NCBI RefSeq assembly: GCF_039654945.1 | Contig: NW_027361804.1 | Coordinates: forward strand, 3,720,001 to 3,784,000 | Direction of reading: 5' to 3' | Source: Dendrobates tinctorius | Lineage: Eukaryota | DNA length: 64,000 nucleotides | Part shown: positions 1 through 11,178 of the stretch, piece by piece | Position numbering within the stretch: the first letter of the stretch is position 1 | How the letters are laid out: each line of letters opens with the position of its first letter | Notes under the pieces: generated by a model | The model's database searches: none | Seen by the model: only the letters and a program-made list of their open reading frames with translations | What the model was told of the DNA's origin: nothing | Program-made: the position numbers and the translations under genes

Positions 1-273
1 CTCCTCCTGTATATACACACGCTGCACGCCGCCACTCCTCCTGTATATACACACGCTGCACGCCGCCACTCCTCCTGTATATACACACGCAGCACGCCGC
101 CACTCCTCCTGTATATACACACGCTGCACGCCGCCACTCCTCCTGTATATACACACGCAGCACGCCGCCACTCCTCCTGTACATACACACGCAGCACGCC
201 GCCACTCCTCCTGTATATACACACAGCACGCCGCCACTCCTCCTGTATATACACACACACACACACACACACA
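1..273. repeat. 34-bp minisatellite ending in a (CA)n microsatellite, in a DUSP16 intron
   Basis: Unit ctcctcctgtatatacacacgctgcacgccgcca repeats about 7 times; (CA)n at about 251-273. Confidence 0.95.
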
Positions 274-331
274 CTGCATAGTACCACTCCTATCCAAAAT
301 ACTGGGTGTAATTCTCAGTATGGGACTAGTA

Positions 332-984
332 GTAGGTGCCCCTGTCAGGGTGGGACGGGAGCACTGGTAGGCGCCCCTGTCAGGGTGGGACGGGAGCACT
401 GGTAGGCGCCCCTGTCAGGGTGGGACGGGAGCACTGGTAGGCGCCCCTGTCAGGGTGGGACGGGAGCACTGGTAGGCGCCCCTGTCAGGGTGGGACGGGA
501 GCACTGGTAGGCGCCCCTGTCAGGGTGGGACGGGAGCACTGGTAGGCGCCCCTGTCAGGGTGGGACGGGAGCACTGGTAGGCGCCCCTGTCAGGGTGGGA
601 CGGGAGCACTGGTAGGCGCCCCTGTCAGGGTGGGACGGGAGCACTGGTAGGCGCCCCTGTCAGGGTGGGACGGGAGCACTGGTAGGCGCCCCTGTCAGGG
701 TGGGACGGGAGCACTGGTAGGCGCCCCTGTCAGGGTGGGACGGGAGCACTGGTAGGCGCCCCTGTCAGGGTGGGACGGGAGCACTGGTAGGTGCTCCTGT
801 GGGGTGGGACGAGAGCACTGGTAGGCGCTCCTGTGAGGGTGGGACGGGAGCACTGGTAGGCGCCCCTGTGAGGGTGGGACGGGAGCACTGGTAGGCGCCC
901 CTGTGAGGGTGGGACGGGAGCACTGGTAGGCGCCCCTGTGAGGGTGGGACGGGAGCACTGGTAGGTGCCCCTGTGAGGGTGGGA
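332..984. repeat. 35-bp G-rich minisatellite, about 18 copies
   Basis: Unit gtaggcgcccctgtcagggtgggacgggagcactg; it ends about 23 bp from the DUSP16 splice donor. Confidence 0.95.
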
Positions 985-1007
985 TGATAGTAGTAGTTGC
1001 TCCTCAC

Positions 1008-1238
1008 CTTCTGTTTGGCGGAGTGCTGGATGAGCTCGGTGATCTGCACCTTGTCCTGCTGCAGTCGCCTCTTCATCAGTTTGGAGCAGTTGATGTTGAT
1101 GGCGTCCAGAATGTGGGACATGTTATAATCCACGAAGGGGCGGCTGTCAATCAGGAGAACCTTCTCCGCGCCGCTCTCCATCCACGTTACCAGCTTGTCA
1201 ACAGTCAGCAATTGGCAGCGCAGGCCCATGGTATCCAT
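1008..1238 (-). CDS. DUSP16: Dual specificity phosphatase 16 (MKP-7), first coding exon (rhodanese/kinase-binding domain N-terminus)
   Basis: Translates as MDTMGLRCQLLTVDKLVTWMESGAEKVLLIDSRPFVDYNMSHILDAININCSKLMKRRLQQDKVQITELIQHSAKQK, matching DUSP16 rather than DUSP8. Kozak GCCATGG at 1238; donor AAG|GTGAGG at 1008/1007; acceptor tttcctttccag|G puts the exon start at 1419. Synteny with CREBL2 and GPR19. The rest of the gene lies beyond position 1. Confidence 0.95.
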
Positions 1239-1795
1239 GGCCCACCTCCTGCCAGTCACACACAGAGAAGTCAGTAAGCAGCGGTCCTCAGGGCCGAGAG
1301 GACCCCATCCATGACCGAACGTAAAAGCATTGCACAAAGGGCGGGATCTGCTGCCGATGCGATCTCCAATGTGTAGTTACGACATCATCACCTCCAGAGG
1401 TCACAAGAAGTGATGGATCCTGGAAAGGAAACACAGACACGGTTAAATACACTCCGCACGTATGGGGCGTCAATAGCAGCCCCGCAGGGTCACCGGCTCC
1501 CCACATCCTGAGACAAGCCCCCAAAACCATCACCTACATCCACGACTGCTGCAGGAGGAGGCGCAGTCACCTATCTGGATATCTGAAGAGCCGCTCATCC
1601 TCTCCCCCCATCGCCGCTCGAGGAGGTTTTTTTCCCCCCTTTCCCAGTGACGTTTCCAGCAGATGATGGATCCTGTGAACATTACCTGGGTGACATCAGC
1701 AAAAATGAAGCCGCGAGCAGAGAAACTTCCCTCAACGCCTCGATGTCATGTGATCATCAGCGCAGAAGACGCAGAACCCAAATCCCTGCTAATCA

Positions 1796-3407
1796 AGTGG
1801 GTAGGTAGGAGGCATTCTCAGTGATGTCACCGCTGATCTCTGGTGATGGATAGGAGGCATTCTCAGTGATGTCACCTCTGATCTCTGGTGATGGATAGGA
1901 GGCATTCTCAGTGACGTCACCGCTGATCTCTGGTGATGGATAGGAGGCATTCTCAGTGACGTCACCGCTGATCTCTGGTGATGGATAGGAGGCATTCTCA
2001 GTGACGTCACCGCTGATCTCTGGTGATGGATAGGAGGCATTCTCAGTGACGTCACCGCTGATCTCTAGTGATGGATAGGAGGCATTCTCAGTGACGTCAC
2101 CGCTGATCTCTAGTGATGGATAGGAGGCATTCTCAGTGACGTCACCGCTGATCTCTAGTGATGGATAGGAGGCATTCTCAGTGACGTCACCGCTGATCTC
2201 TAGTGATGGATAGGAGGCATTCTCAGTGACGTCACCGCTGATCTCTAGTGATGGATAGGAGGCATTCTCAGTGACGTCACCGCTGATCTCTAGTGATGGA
2301 TAGGAGGCATTCTCAGTGACGTCACCTCTGATCTCTAGTGATGGATAGGAGACATTCTCAGTGACGTCACCGCTGATCTCTAGTGATGGATAGGAGACAT
2401 TCTCAGTGATGTCACCTCTGGTGATGGATAGGAGGCATTCTCAGTGATGTCACCTCTGATCTCTGGTGATGGATAGGAGGCATTCTCAGTGATGTCACCT
2501 CTGATCTCTAGTGATGGATAGGAGGCATTCTCAGTGACGTCACCGCTGATCTCTAGTGATGGATAGGAGGCATTCTCAGTGACGTCACCGCTGATCTCTA
2601 GTGATGGATAGGAGGCATTCTCAGTGACGTCACCGCTGATCTCTAGTGATGGATAGGAGGCATTCTCAGTGACGTCACCGCTGATCTCTAGTGATGGATA
2701 GGAGGCATTCTCAGTGACGTCACCGCTGATCTCTAGTGATGGATAGGAGGCATTCTCAGTGACGTCACCTCTGATCTCTAGTGATGGATAGGAGACATTC
2801 TCAGTGACGTCACCGCTGATCTCTAGTGATGGATAGGAGACATTCTCAGTGATGTCACCTCTGGTGATGGATAGGAGGCATTCTCAGTGATGTCACCTCT
2901 GATCTCTGGTGATGGATAGGAGGCATTCTCAGTGATGTCACCTCTGATCTCTAGTGATGGATAGGAGGCATTCTCAGTGATGTCACTGCTGATCTCTAGT
3001 GATGGATAGGAGACATTCTCAGTGATGTCACCGCTGATCTCTAGTGATGGATAGGAGGCATTCTCAGTGATGTCACCTCTGATCTCTAGTGATGGATAGG
3101 AGACATTCTCAGTGATGTCACCGCTGATCTCTAGTGATGGATAGGAGACATTCTCAGTGATGTCACCGCTGATCTCTAGTGATGGATAGGAGACATTCTC
3201 AGTGATGTCACCGCTGATCTCTGGTGATGGATAGGAGGCATTCTCAGTGATGTCACCGCTGATCTCTAGTGATGGATAGGAGACATTCTCAGTGATGTCA
3301 CCGCTGATCTCTAGTGATGGATAGGAGACATTCTCAGTGATGTCACCGCTGATCTCTAGTGATGGATAGGAGACATTCTCAGTGATGTCACCGCTGATCT
3401 CTGGTGA
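1796..3407. repeat. 45-bp minisatellite (copy A), in a DUSP16 5' intron
   Basis: Unit gatggataggaggcattctcagtga(c/t)gtcaccgctgatctct(a/g)gt, about 36 copies; same family as 39451-43755. Confidence 0.95.
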
Positions 3408-3999
3408 CGCTCTGTTTACCCCGCCTCCGTACTTACCCGCTGGTGACCTATGTTGTATCTTGTGTAACGTTTGTTCCTGCCTCGACTGTAGGGATAAAGT
3501 CCGGAGCTGTAATCAGAGGTCGTCCGGATGAAGTCATGTGATCTTTGGCCTTGTAACAAAATAACCTCATGCACAGATAAGTGGGAGTGGTGATCTCACA
3601 CGGGGTGGTGACATCTGTATACATCACTCCCTGTCAGCCAAAATGGTTGTCAACCAACTTTCCCACAGTCAGATCTGATGAAGTCACTGGTCAGAGACGC
3701 TGAAAACAAGAAACACCTTAGGAGTTTCACATGAATCATGAACACGCCCTTGAAAGAAAATAATCACACCCCTGACACAGCGCCCGTGATTCGATATATC
3801 CAGGTGCAGACTGTTTAACTCCACTCCACAATGCAACAAGGAAGCTCAAGTAGCCATGCAGCTAACAACAATCAGATCACTGAAGGCAGCTCTGGATGTG
3901 ACTGGAGTACAACCCCCCCCCCTTCATCTTTGCCAGCTACTTTCAGAAGAGTACTCCCTTTAAAAAGATCGATCGCAGCCATATGTTGCCTCCCGCCAA

Positions 4000-4752
4000 T
4001 GCCCAATCGCAGCCATGTATCCCCCCCGAGCAGTCATGTGTCCCCCCCGAGCAGCCATGTGTCCCCCCCGAGCAGCGCCCGATAGCAGCCATGTGCCCCC
4101 CCCGGCAGCGCCCGATAGCAGCCATGTGCCCCCCCCGGCAGCGCCCGATAGCAGCCATGTGTCTCCCCCGGCAGCGCCCGATAGCAGCCACGTGTCTCCC
4201 CCGGCAGCGCCCGATAGCAGCCATGTGTTCCCCCCCCGGCAGCGCCCAATAGCAGCCATGTGTTCCCCCCCCCCGGCAGCGCCCAATAGCAGCCATGTGT
4301 TCCCCCCCCCGGCAGCGCCCAATAGCAGCCATGTGTTCCCCCCCCGGCAGCGCCCAATAGCAGCCATGTGTTCCCCCCCCGGCAGCGCCCAATAGCAGCC
4401 ATGTGTTCCCCCCCCGGCAGCGCCCAATAGCAGCCATGTGTTCCCCCCCGGCAGCGCCCAATAGCAGCCATGTGTTCCCCCCGGCAGCGCCCGATAGCAG
4501 CCATGTACCCCCCCCGGCAGCGCCCGATAGCAGCCATGTACCCCCCCGGCAGCGCCCGATAGCCATGTGTCTCCCCCGGCAGCGCCCGATAGCAGTCATG
4601 TGTCCCCCCCCGGCAGTGCCCGATAGCAGCCATGTTTCTCCCCTGGCAGCGCCCGATAACCGCCATGTGTCTCCCCCGGCAGCGCCCGATAGCAGCCATG
4701 TGTCCCCCCCGGCAGCGCCCGATAGCAGCCATGTGTCCCCCCCCCCCCCTCC
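4000..4752. repeat. GC-rich minisatellite, about 33-38 bp unit with a variable C tract
   Basis: Unit cggcagcgcccgatagcagccatgtgt(c)n. Confidence 0.92.
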
Positions 4753-5730
4753 CCCAACAACAGGCATATGTGAAGTTAACAATGACCGCTCTATCAGGAA
4801 CCCACAGATTACGGTGGAATTGGAGAATTTGTGGTGTCGATCCCGTGATCGGTGAGGTTCGGAGCGGTCGATGTACGGGGTGCAGTGGGAGGATTGTTAT
4901 CCGCTCTCCCACTTTCCCTCCATTTCATGTAGCATAGCTCCACCATGACATCAGCCGCTATGATCCCGCCAGTCGGGGTGCGAGCCCCCTCCCTCCTCTG
5001 CAGCTGTGATCACAATGCAGCATGATGTCACCAGGGGCCCCGGGCCTTAACCCTTCACCCTCCGCCTAGAACAACAATCCTGACATTTCCCAGGGTTTTC
5101 ACTGCTTCACATTGATGGTAACTAATTACGAGATAGTAGAGATGGGGACGAGAGGCATCCGGGCAGTAACACAGGAAAATCCGGTTAAGGTGTTCTGGAT
5201 GATTGGATGCCGGATTACTGGACTTCATACACAATGGACCTTTGGTTCTCAGTCCTGTAATAAGTGGATACAACGTTACGGTGTCATTACCTGTTCTGAC
5301 AAAGCTGATGTTTGGAGTCTTAAAGGGACGGTGTATAAATCGTGCGTGATTAGCTCTGACGCCGCTGAGCCTTAAAGGGCCGGTGACCAGACTGATAAAT
5401 AACGATTATCATGTAATAAACCGTTCTGCAGCTTCTTATTCTAAGAGGTTTCATCTCTTCCCCATTTCTAAGATCTCTGCTGAAAGGAACAAAACATTCT
5501 ATGATTTATATTCGGCAAACCATACGTGCCCAGTGTTTCTCGCAGCTGGGGGTTTGTTACACTGTATCAGTGTCTGAGGCGCTAACAGAGGATTGTAGAG
5601 GAAGGATACAACTGTAGCGAACCCTCAGCGTTAACAAGTATCAGGTTGGGGGGGGGGGGGGGGGTCAACTTTAAAAGGATCCTGTAACAAGCGGCTTTCC
5701 ACATAAACCCCAGTCTTTGCTCAATGGTAG

Positions 5731-5745
5731 AGCGCCCCCTGGCTG
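5731..5745 (-). promoter_or_regulatory. Candidate CTCF site
   Basis: AGCGCCCCCTGGCTG is the reverse complement of CAGCCAGGGGGCGCT, close to the CTCF core. Motif match only. Confidence 0.4.
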
Positions 5746-5939
5746 CCCTGTGCTCAGCTCTGGTGTCCCCCCCGCACAAGCCATTCCCTGGCCGCTCGAT
5801 CGCTGGAACACGGGGAGCAGCGACCAAAGCAAATTGGTGATATAATTCTTAAAGGAAATGAGATGGGGGACGGACGCGGGGCCACAACGGAGCAGAACAG
5901 CTGACAGCGTGGTAATGGTGGAAGAATACACCGTGGAGA

Positions 5940-8900
5940 CGGACTGGTCGGGGCTGTGGTCTGGTCGACGCTGTGGTCCGGTCTGGTCGGTGCTGCAGTC
6001 CAGTCGAGGATGAGGTCTGGTCTGCGGGGGCTGTGGTCCGGTCGGGGCCACGGTCCGATCTGCAGGGGCTGTGGTCCGGTCAGGGCCACATTCCGGTCTG
6101 CGGTCAGTGATCCCTGTCGTTCTGTGTCCCGTCCAGCAGTCACTGGCTGGTCGGCGCTGCGTTCCGGTCCGGTCCGTGGTCAGTGATCCCTGTCGCTCTG
6201 TGGCCTGTCCCGCAATCACTGGCTGGTCGGCGCAGCGGTCCGGTCTGCGGTCAGTGATCCCTGTGTCCCGCAGTCCCTGGCTGGTCGGCGCTGCGGTCCG
6301 GTCTGCGGTCAGTGATCCCTGTGTCCCGCAGTCCCTGGCTGGTCAGCGCTGCGGTCCAGTCTGCGGTCAGTGATCCCTGTGTCTCGTCCCGCAGTCCCTG
6401 GCTGGTCGGCGCTGCGGTCCGGTCTGCGGTCAGTGATCCCTGTGTCTCGTCCCGCAGTCCCTGGCTGGTCGGCGCTGTGGTCCGGTCTGCGGTCAGTGAT
6501 CCCTGTGTCCCGTCCCGCAGTCCCTGGCTGGTCGGCGCTGCGGTCCGGTCTGCGGTCAGTGATCCCTGTGTCTCGTCCCGCAGTCCCTGGCTGGTCGGCG
6601 CTGCGGTCCGGTCTGCGGTCAGTAATCCCTGTGTCCCGTCCCGCAGTCCCTGGCTGGTCGGCGCTGCGGTCCGGTCTGCGGTCAGTGATCCCTGTGTCCC
6701 GCAGTCCGGTCTGCGGTCAGTGATCCCTGTGTCCCGTCCGGCAGTCCCTGGCTGGTCGGCTCTGCGGTCCGGTCTGTGGTCAGTGATCCCTGTCCCGTCC
6801 GGCAGTCCCTGGCTGGTCGGCGCTGCGGTCCGGTCTGCGGTCAGTGATCCCTGAGTCCCGTCCCGCAGTCCCTGGCTGGTCGGCGCTGCGGTCCGGTTTG
6901 CGGTCAGTGATCCCTGAGTCCCGTCCCGCAGTCCCTGGCTGGTCGGCGCTGCGGTCCAGTCTGCGGTCAGTGATCCCTGTGTCTCGTCCCGCAGTCCCTG
7001 GCTGGTCGGCACTGCGGTCAGGTCTGCGGTCAGTGATCCCTTTGTCCCGTCCCGCAGTCCCTGGCTGGTCGGCGCTGCGGTCCGGTCTGCGGTCAGTGAT
7101 CCCTGTGTCTCGTCCCGCAGTCCCTGGCTGGTCGGCGCTGCGGTCCGGTCTGCGGTCAGTGATCCCTGTGTCCCGTCCCGCAGTCCCTGGCTGGTCGGCG
7201 CTGCGGTCCGGTCTGCGGTCAGTGATCCCTGTGTCCCGCAGTCCGGTCTGCGGTCAGTGATCCCTGTGTCCCGTCCGGCAGTCCCTGGCTGGTCGGCGCT
7301 GCGGTCCGGTCTGCGGTCAGTGATCCCTGTGTCCCGCAGTCCCTGGCTGGTCGGTGCTGCGGTCCGGTCTGTGGTCAGTGATCCCCGAGTCCCGTCCCGC
7401 AGTCCCTGGCTGGTCGGCGCTGCGGTCAGTGACCTCTGTGTCCCCCAGTCCCTGGCTGGTTGGCGCTGCGGTCCGGTCTGCGGTCAGTGATCCCTGTGTC
7501 CCGCAGTCCCTGGCTGGCCGGCGCTGCGGTCCAGTCTGCGGTCAGTGATCCTTGTGTCCCTGCCTGGTCGGCGCTGCGGTCCAGTCTGCGGTCAGTGATC
7601 CCTGAGTCCCTGGCTGGTCGGCGCTGCGGTCAGTGATCCCTGTGTCCCGCAGTCCCTGGCTGGTCGGCGCTGCGCTCCGGTCTGCGGTCAGTGATCCCTG
7701 TGCCCCTGGCTGGTCGGCGCTGCGGTCAGTGATCCCTGTGTCCCGCAGTCCCTGGCTGGTCGGCGCTGTGGTCCAGTCTGCGGTCAGTGATCCCTGTGTC
7801 CCACAGTCCCTGGCTGGTCGGCGCTGCGGTCCGGTCTGCGGTCAGTGATCCCTGTGTCCCGCAGTCCCTGGCTGGTCGGCGCTGCGGTCCAGTCTGCGGT
7901 CAGTGACCCCTGTGTCCCGCAGTCCCTGGCTGGTCAGCGCTGCGGTCCGGTCTGCGGTCAGTGATCCCTGTGTCCCGCAGTCCCTGGCTGGTCGGCGCTG
8001 CGGTCCGGTCTGCGGTCAGTGATCCCTGTGTCGCGCAGTCCCTGGCTGGTCGGCGCTGCGGTCCGGTCTGCGGTCAGTGATCCCTGTGTCGCGCAGTCCC
8101 TGGCTGGTCGGCGCTGCGGTCAGTGATCCCTGTGTCGCGCAGTCCCTGGCTGGTCGGCGCTGCGGTCCGGTCTGCGGTCAGTGATCCCTGTGTCGCGCAG
8201 TCCCTGGCTGGTCGGCGCTGCGGTCCGGTCTGCGGTCAGTGATCCCTGTGTCGCGCAGTCCCTGGCTGGTCGGCGCTGCGGTCCGGTCTGCGGTCAGTGA
8301 TCCCTGTGTCGCGCAGTCCCTGGCTGGTCGGCGCTGCGGTCCGGTCTGCGGTCAGTGATCCCTGTGTCCCCCAGTCCCTGGCTGGTCGGCGCTGCGATCC
8401 GGTCTGCGGTCAGTGATCCCTGTGTCCCGCAGTCCCTGGCTGGTCGGCGCTGCGGTCCGGTCTGCGGTCAGTGATCCCTGTGTCCCGCAGTCCCTGGCTG
8501 GTCGGCGCTGCGGTCCGGTCTGCGGTCAGTGATCCCTGTGTCCCGCAGTCCCTGGCTGGTCGGCGCTGCGGTCCGGTCTGCGGTCAGTGATCCCTGTGTC
8601 CCGCAGTCCCTGGCTGGTCGGCGCTGCGGTCCGGTCTGCGGTCAGTGATCCCTGTGTCCCGCAGTCCCTGGCTGGTCGGCGCTGCGGTCCGGTCTGCGGT
8701 CAGTGATCCCTGTGTCCCGCAGTCCCTGGCTGGTCGGCGCTGCGGTCCGGTCTGCGGTCAGTGATCCCTGTGTCCCGCAGTCCCTGGCTGGTCGGCGCTG
8801 CGGTCCGGTCTGCGGTCAGTGGTCCCTGTGTCCCGCAGTCCCTGGCTGGTCGGTGCTGCGGTCCGGTCTGCGGTCAGTGATCCCTGTGTCGCGCAGTCCC

Positions 8901-9996
8901 TGGCTGGTTGGTGCTGCGGTCCGGTCTGCGGTCAGTGATCCCTGTGTCGCGCAGTCCCTGGCTGGTCGGCGCTGCGGTCCGGTCTGCGGTCAGTGATCCC
9001 TGTGTCCCGCAGTCCCTGGCTGGTCGGTGCTGCGGTCCGGTCTGCGGTCAGTGATCCCTGTGTCCCGCAGTCCCTGGCTGGTCGGCGCTGCGGTCAGTGA
9101 TCCCTGTGTCCCGCAGTCCCTGGCTGGTCGGTGCTGCGGTCCGGTCTGCGGTCAGTGATCCCTGTGTCGCGCAGTCCCTGGCTGGTCGGTGCTGCGGTCC
9201 GGTCTGCGGTCAGTGATCCCTGTGTCGCGCAGTCCCTGGCTGGTCGGTGCTGCGGTCCGGTCTGCGGTCAGTGATCCCTGTGTCCCGCAGTCCCTGGCTG
9301 GTCGGTGCTGCGGTCCGGTCTGTGGTCAGTGATCCCTGTGTCGCGCAGTCCCTGGCTGGTCGGCGCTGCGGTCCGGTCTGTGGTCAGTGATCCCTGTGTC
9401 GCGCAGTCCCTGGCTGGTCGGCGCTGCGGTCCGGTCTGCGGTCAGTGATCCCTGTGTCCCGCAGTCCCTGGCTGGTCGGTGCTGTGGTCCGGTCTGCGGT
9501 CAGTGGTCCCTGTGTCCCGCAGTCCCTGGCTGGTCGGTGCTGCGGTCCGGTCTGTGGTCAGTGATCCCTGTGTCGCGCAGTCCCTGGCTGGTCGGTGCTG
9601 CGGTCCGGTCTGCGGTCAGTGATCCCTGTGTCGCGCAGTCCCTGGCTGGTCGGTGCTGCGGTCCGGTCTGCGGTCAGTGATCCCTGTGTCCCGCAGTCCC
9701 TGGCTGGTCGGTGCTGTGGTCCGGTCTGCGGTCAGTGGTCCCTGTGTCGCGCAGTCCCTGGCTGGTCGGTGCTGCGGTCCGGTCTGTGGTCAGTGATCCC
9801 TGTGTCCCGCAGTCCCTGGCTGGTCGGTGCTGCGGTCCGGTCTGCGGTCAGTGATCCCTGTGTCCCGCAGTCCCTGGCTGGTCGGCGCTGCGGTCCGGTC
9901 TGCGGTCAGTGATCCCTGTGTCCCGCAGTCCCTGGCTGGTCGGCGCTGCGGTCCGGTCTGCGGTCAGTGATCCCTGTGTCCCGCAGTCCCTGGCCG
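5940..9996. repeat. CpG-rich minisatellite, 58/63-bp units, about 4 kb, abutting the DUSP16 CpG island
   Basis: Unit ggtcagtgatccctgtgtcccgcagtccctggctggtcggcgctgcggtccggtctgc; degenerate at the left end. Confidence 0.95.
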
Positions 9997-10149
9997 GTCA
10001 CAGGGAGCCGTAGCGCACACTCCGGAGGGGCAGTGACCTTGAGCGGAGCCGCTGCTCTCTGCCTCGTCCTCACACCGTGCCCGGCTCCCTCCATCGCCGG
10101 CGGGGCACACACGGGGTCTGTCGGTCGCACACGCAGGGTCTCCGCGGTG

Positions 10150-10450
10150 ACAGGCTGAGGTGATGTCACAGGTGTCAGTGACGCGGCCTGATGACGTCAC
10201 GGGCCTCCCCGCCGTACTCACCGCCGCTCCGGGCCTGCTGTCCGGGCCTCGCCGTAGGGTCAGTGTCCGGGCTCCGGGCGGAGCGGGTGAGAGCGGCTGA
10301 GATGAGGTCACCGGGAAGAGGAGCCGCATGACGTCAGCGCCAGCCAATCACAAGCGGAGGCGGAGACAGCGGCGTGTGCGTCATCAATGGGGGCGGGGAC
10401 ATGACGTCATGTCGGGGAGTCCCAGCAGCTGCAGGCGATCGTCGACGTCA
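10150..10450 (-). promoter_or_regulatory. Putative DUSP16 CpG-island promoter
   Basis: Full CRE TGACGTCA at 10192, 10329 and 10402; CCAAT at 10344; GC box GGGGCGGGG at 10390-10398; CpG-dense. Confidence 0.7.
10222..10320 (-). other. DUSP16: Predicted non-coding first exon of DUSP16 (5' end uncertain)
   Basis: Consensus minus-strand donor GCG|GTGAGT at 10222/10221, inside CpG-rich unique sequence just downstream of a CRE/CCAAT/GC-box cluster. Confidence 0.6.
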
Positions 10451-10473
10451 TCTGTAATAACAGAGAGCAACAG

Positions 10474-11178
10474 TGTGATCTACTGACCACTGCACCGTAA
10501 TAACGATATAATAACCACTGCACCGTAATAACGATATAATAACCACTGCACCGTAATAACGATATAATAACCACTGCACCGTAATAACGATATAATAACC
10601 ACTGCACCGTAATAACGATATAATAACCACTGCACCGTAATAACGATATAATAACCACTGCACCGTAATAATGAGATCTAAAAACCACTGCACCGTAATA
10701 ATGTGATCTACTGACCACTGCACCGTAACAATGAGATCTAATGACCACTGCACCGTAATATTGAGATCTACTGACCACTGCACCGTAATATTGAGAGCTA
10801 ATGACCACTGCACAGTAATAATGTGATCTACTGACCACTGCACCGTAATAACGAGATCTAATGACCACTGCACCGGAAAATTGTAATCTACTGACCACTG
10901 CACCGTAATATTGAGAGCTAATGACCACTGCACAGTAATAACGATATAATAACCACTGCACCGTAATAACGATATAATAACCACTGCACCGTAATAACGA
11001 TATAATAACCACTGCACCGTAATAACGATATAATAACCACTGCACCGTAATAATGAGATCTAAAAACCACTGCACCGTAATAATGTGATCTACTGACCAC
11101 TGCACCGTAACAATGAGATCTAATGACCACTGCACCGTAATATTGAGAGCTAATGACCACTGCACAGTAATAATGTGA
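10474..11178. repeat. 28/30-bp minisatellite, left part
   Basis: Units accactgcaccgtaataacgatataata and accactgcaccgtaataatgtgatctactg. Confidence 0.95.

Noticed and set aside
765-1337. 190-aa ORF as the full DUSP16 exon
   Set aside because: It reads through the donor at 1007 into minisatellite and starts at a non-ATG codon upstream of the Kozak ATG.
3674-3710. CTGATGA...GAAA hammerhead-like words here and in the 37-bp satellite
   Set aside because: No correctly placed stem II-GAAA-stem III-UH or closing stem I.
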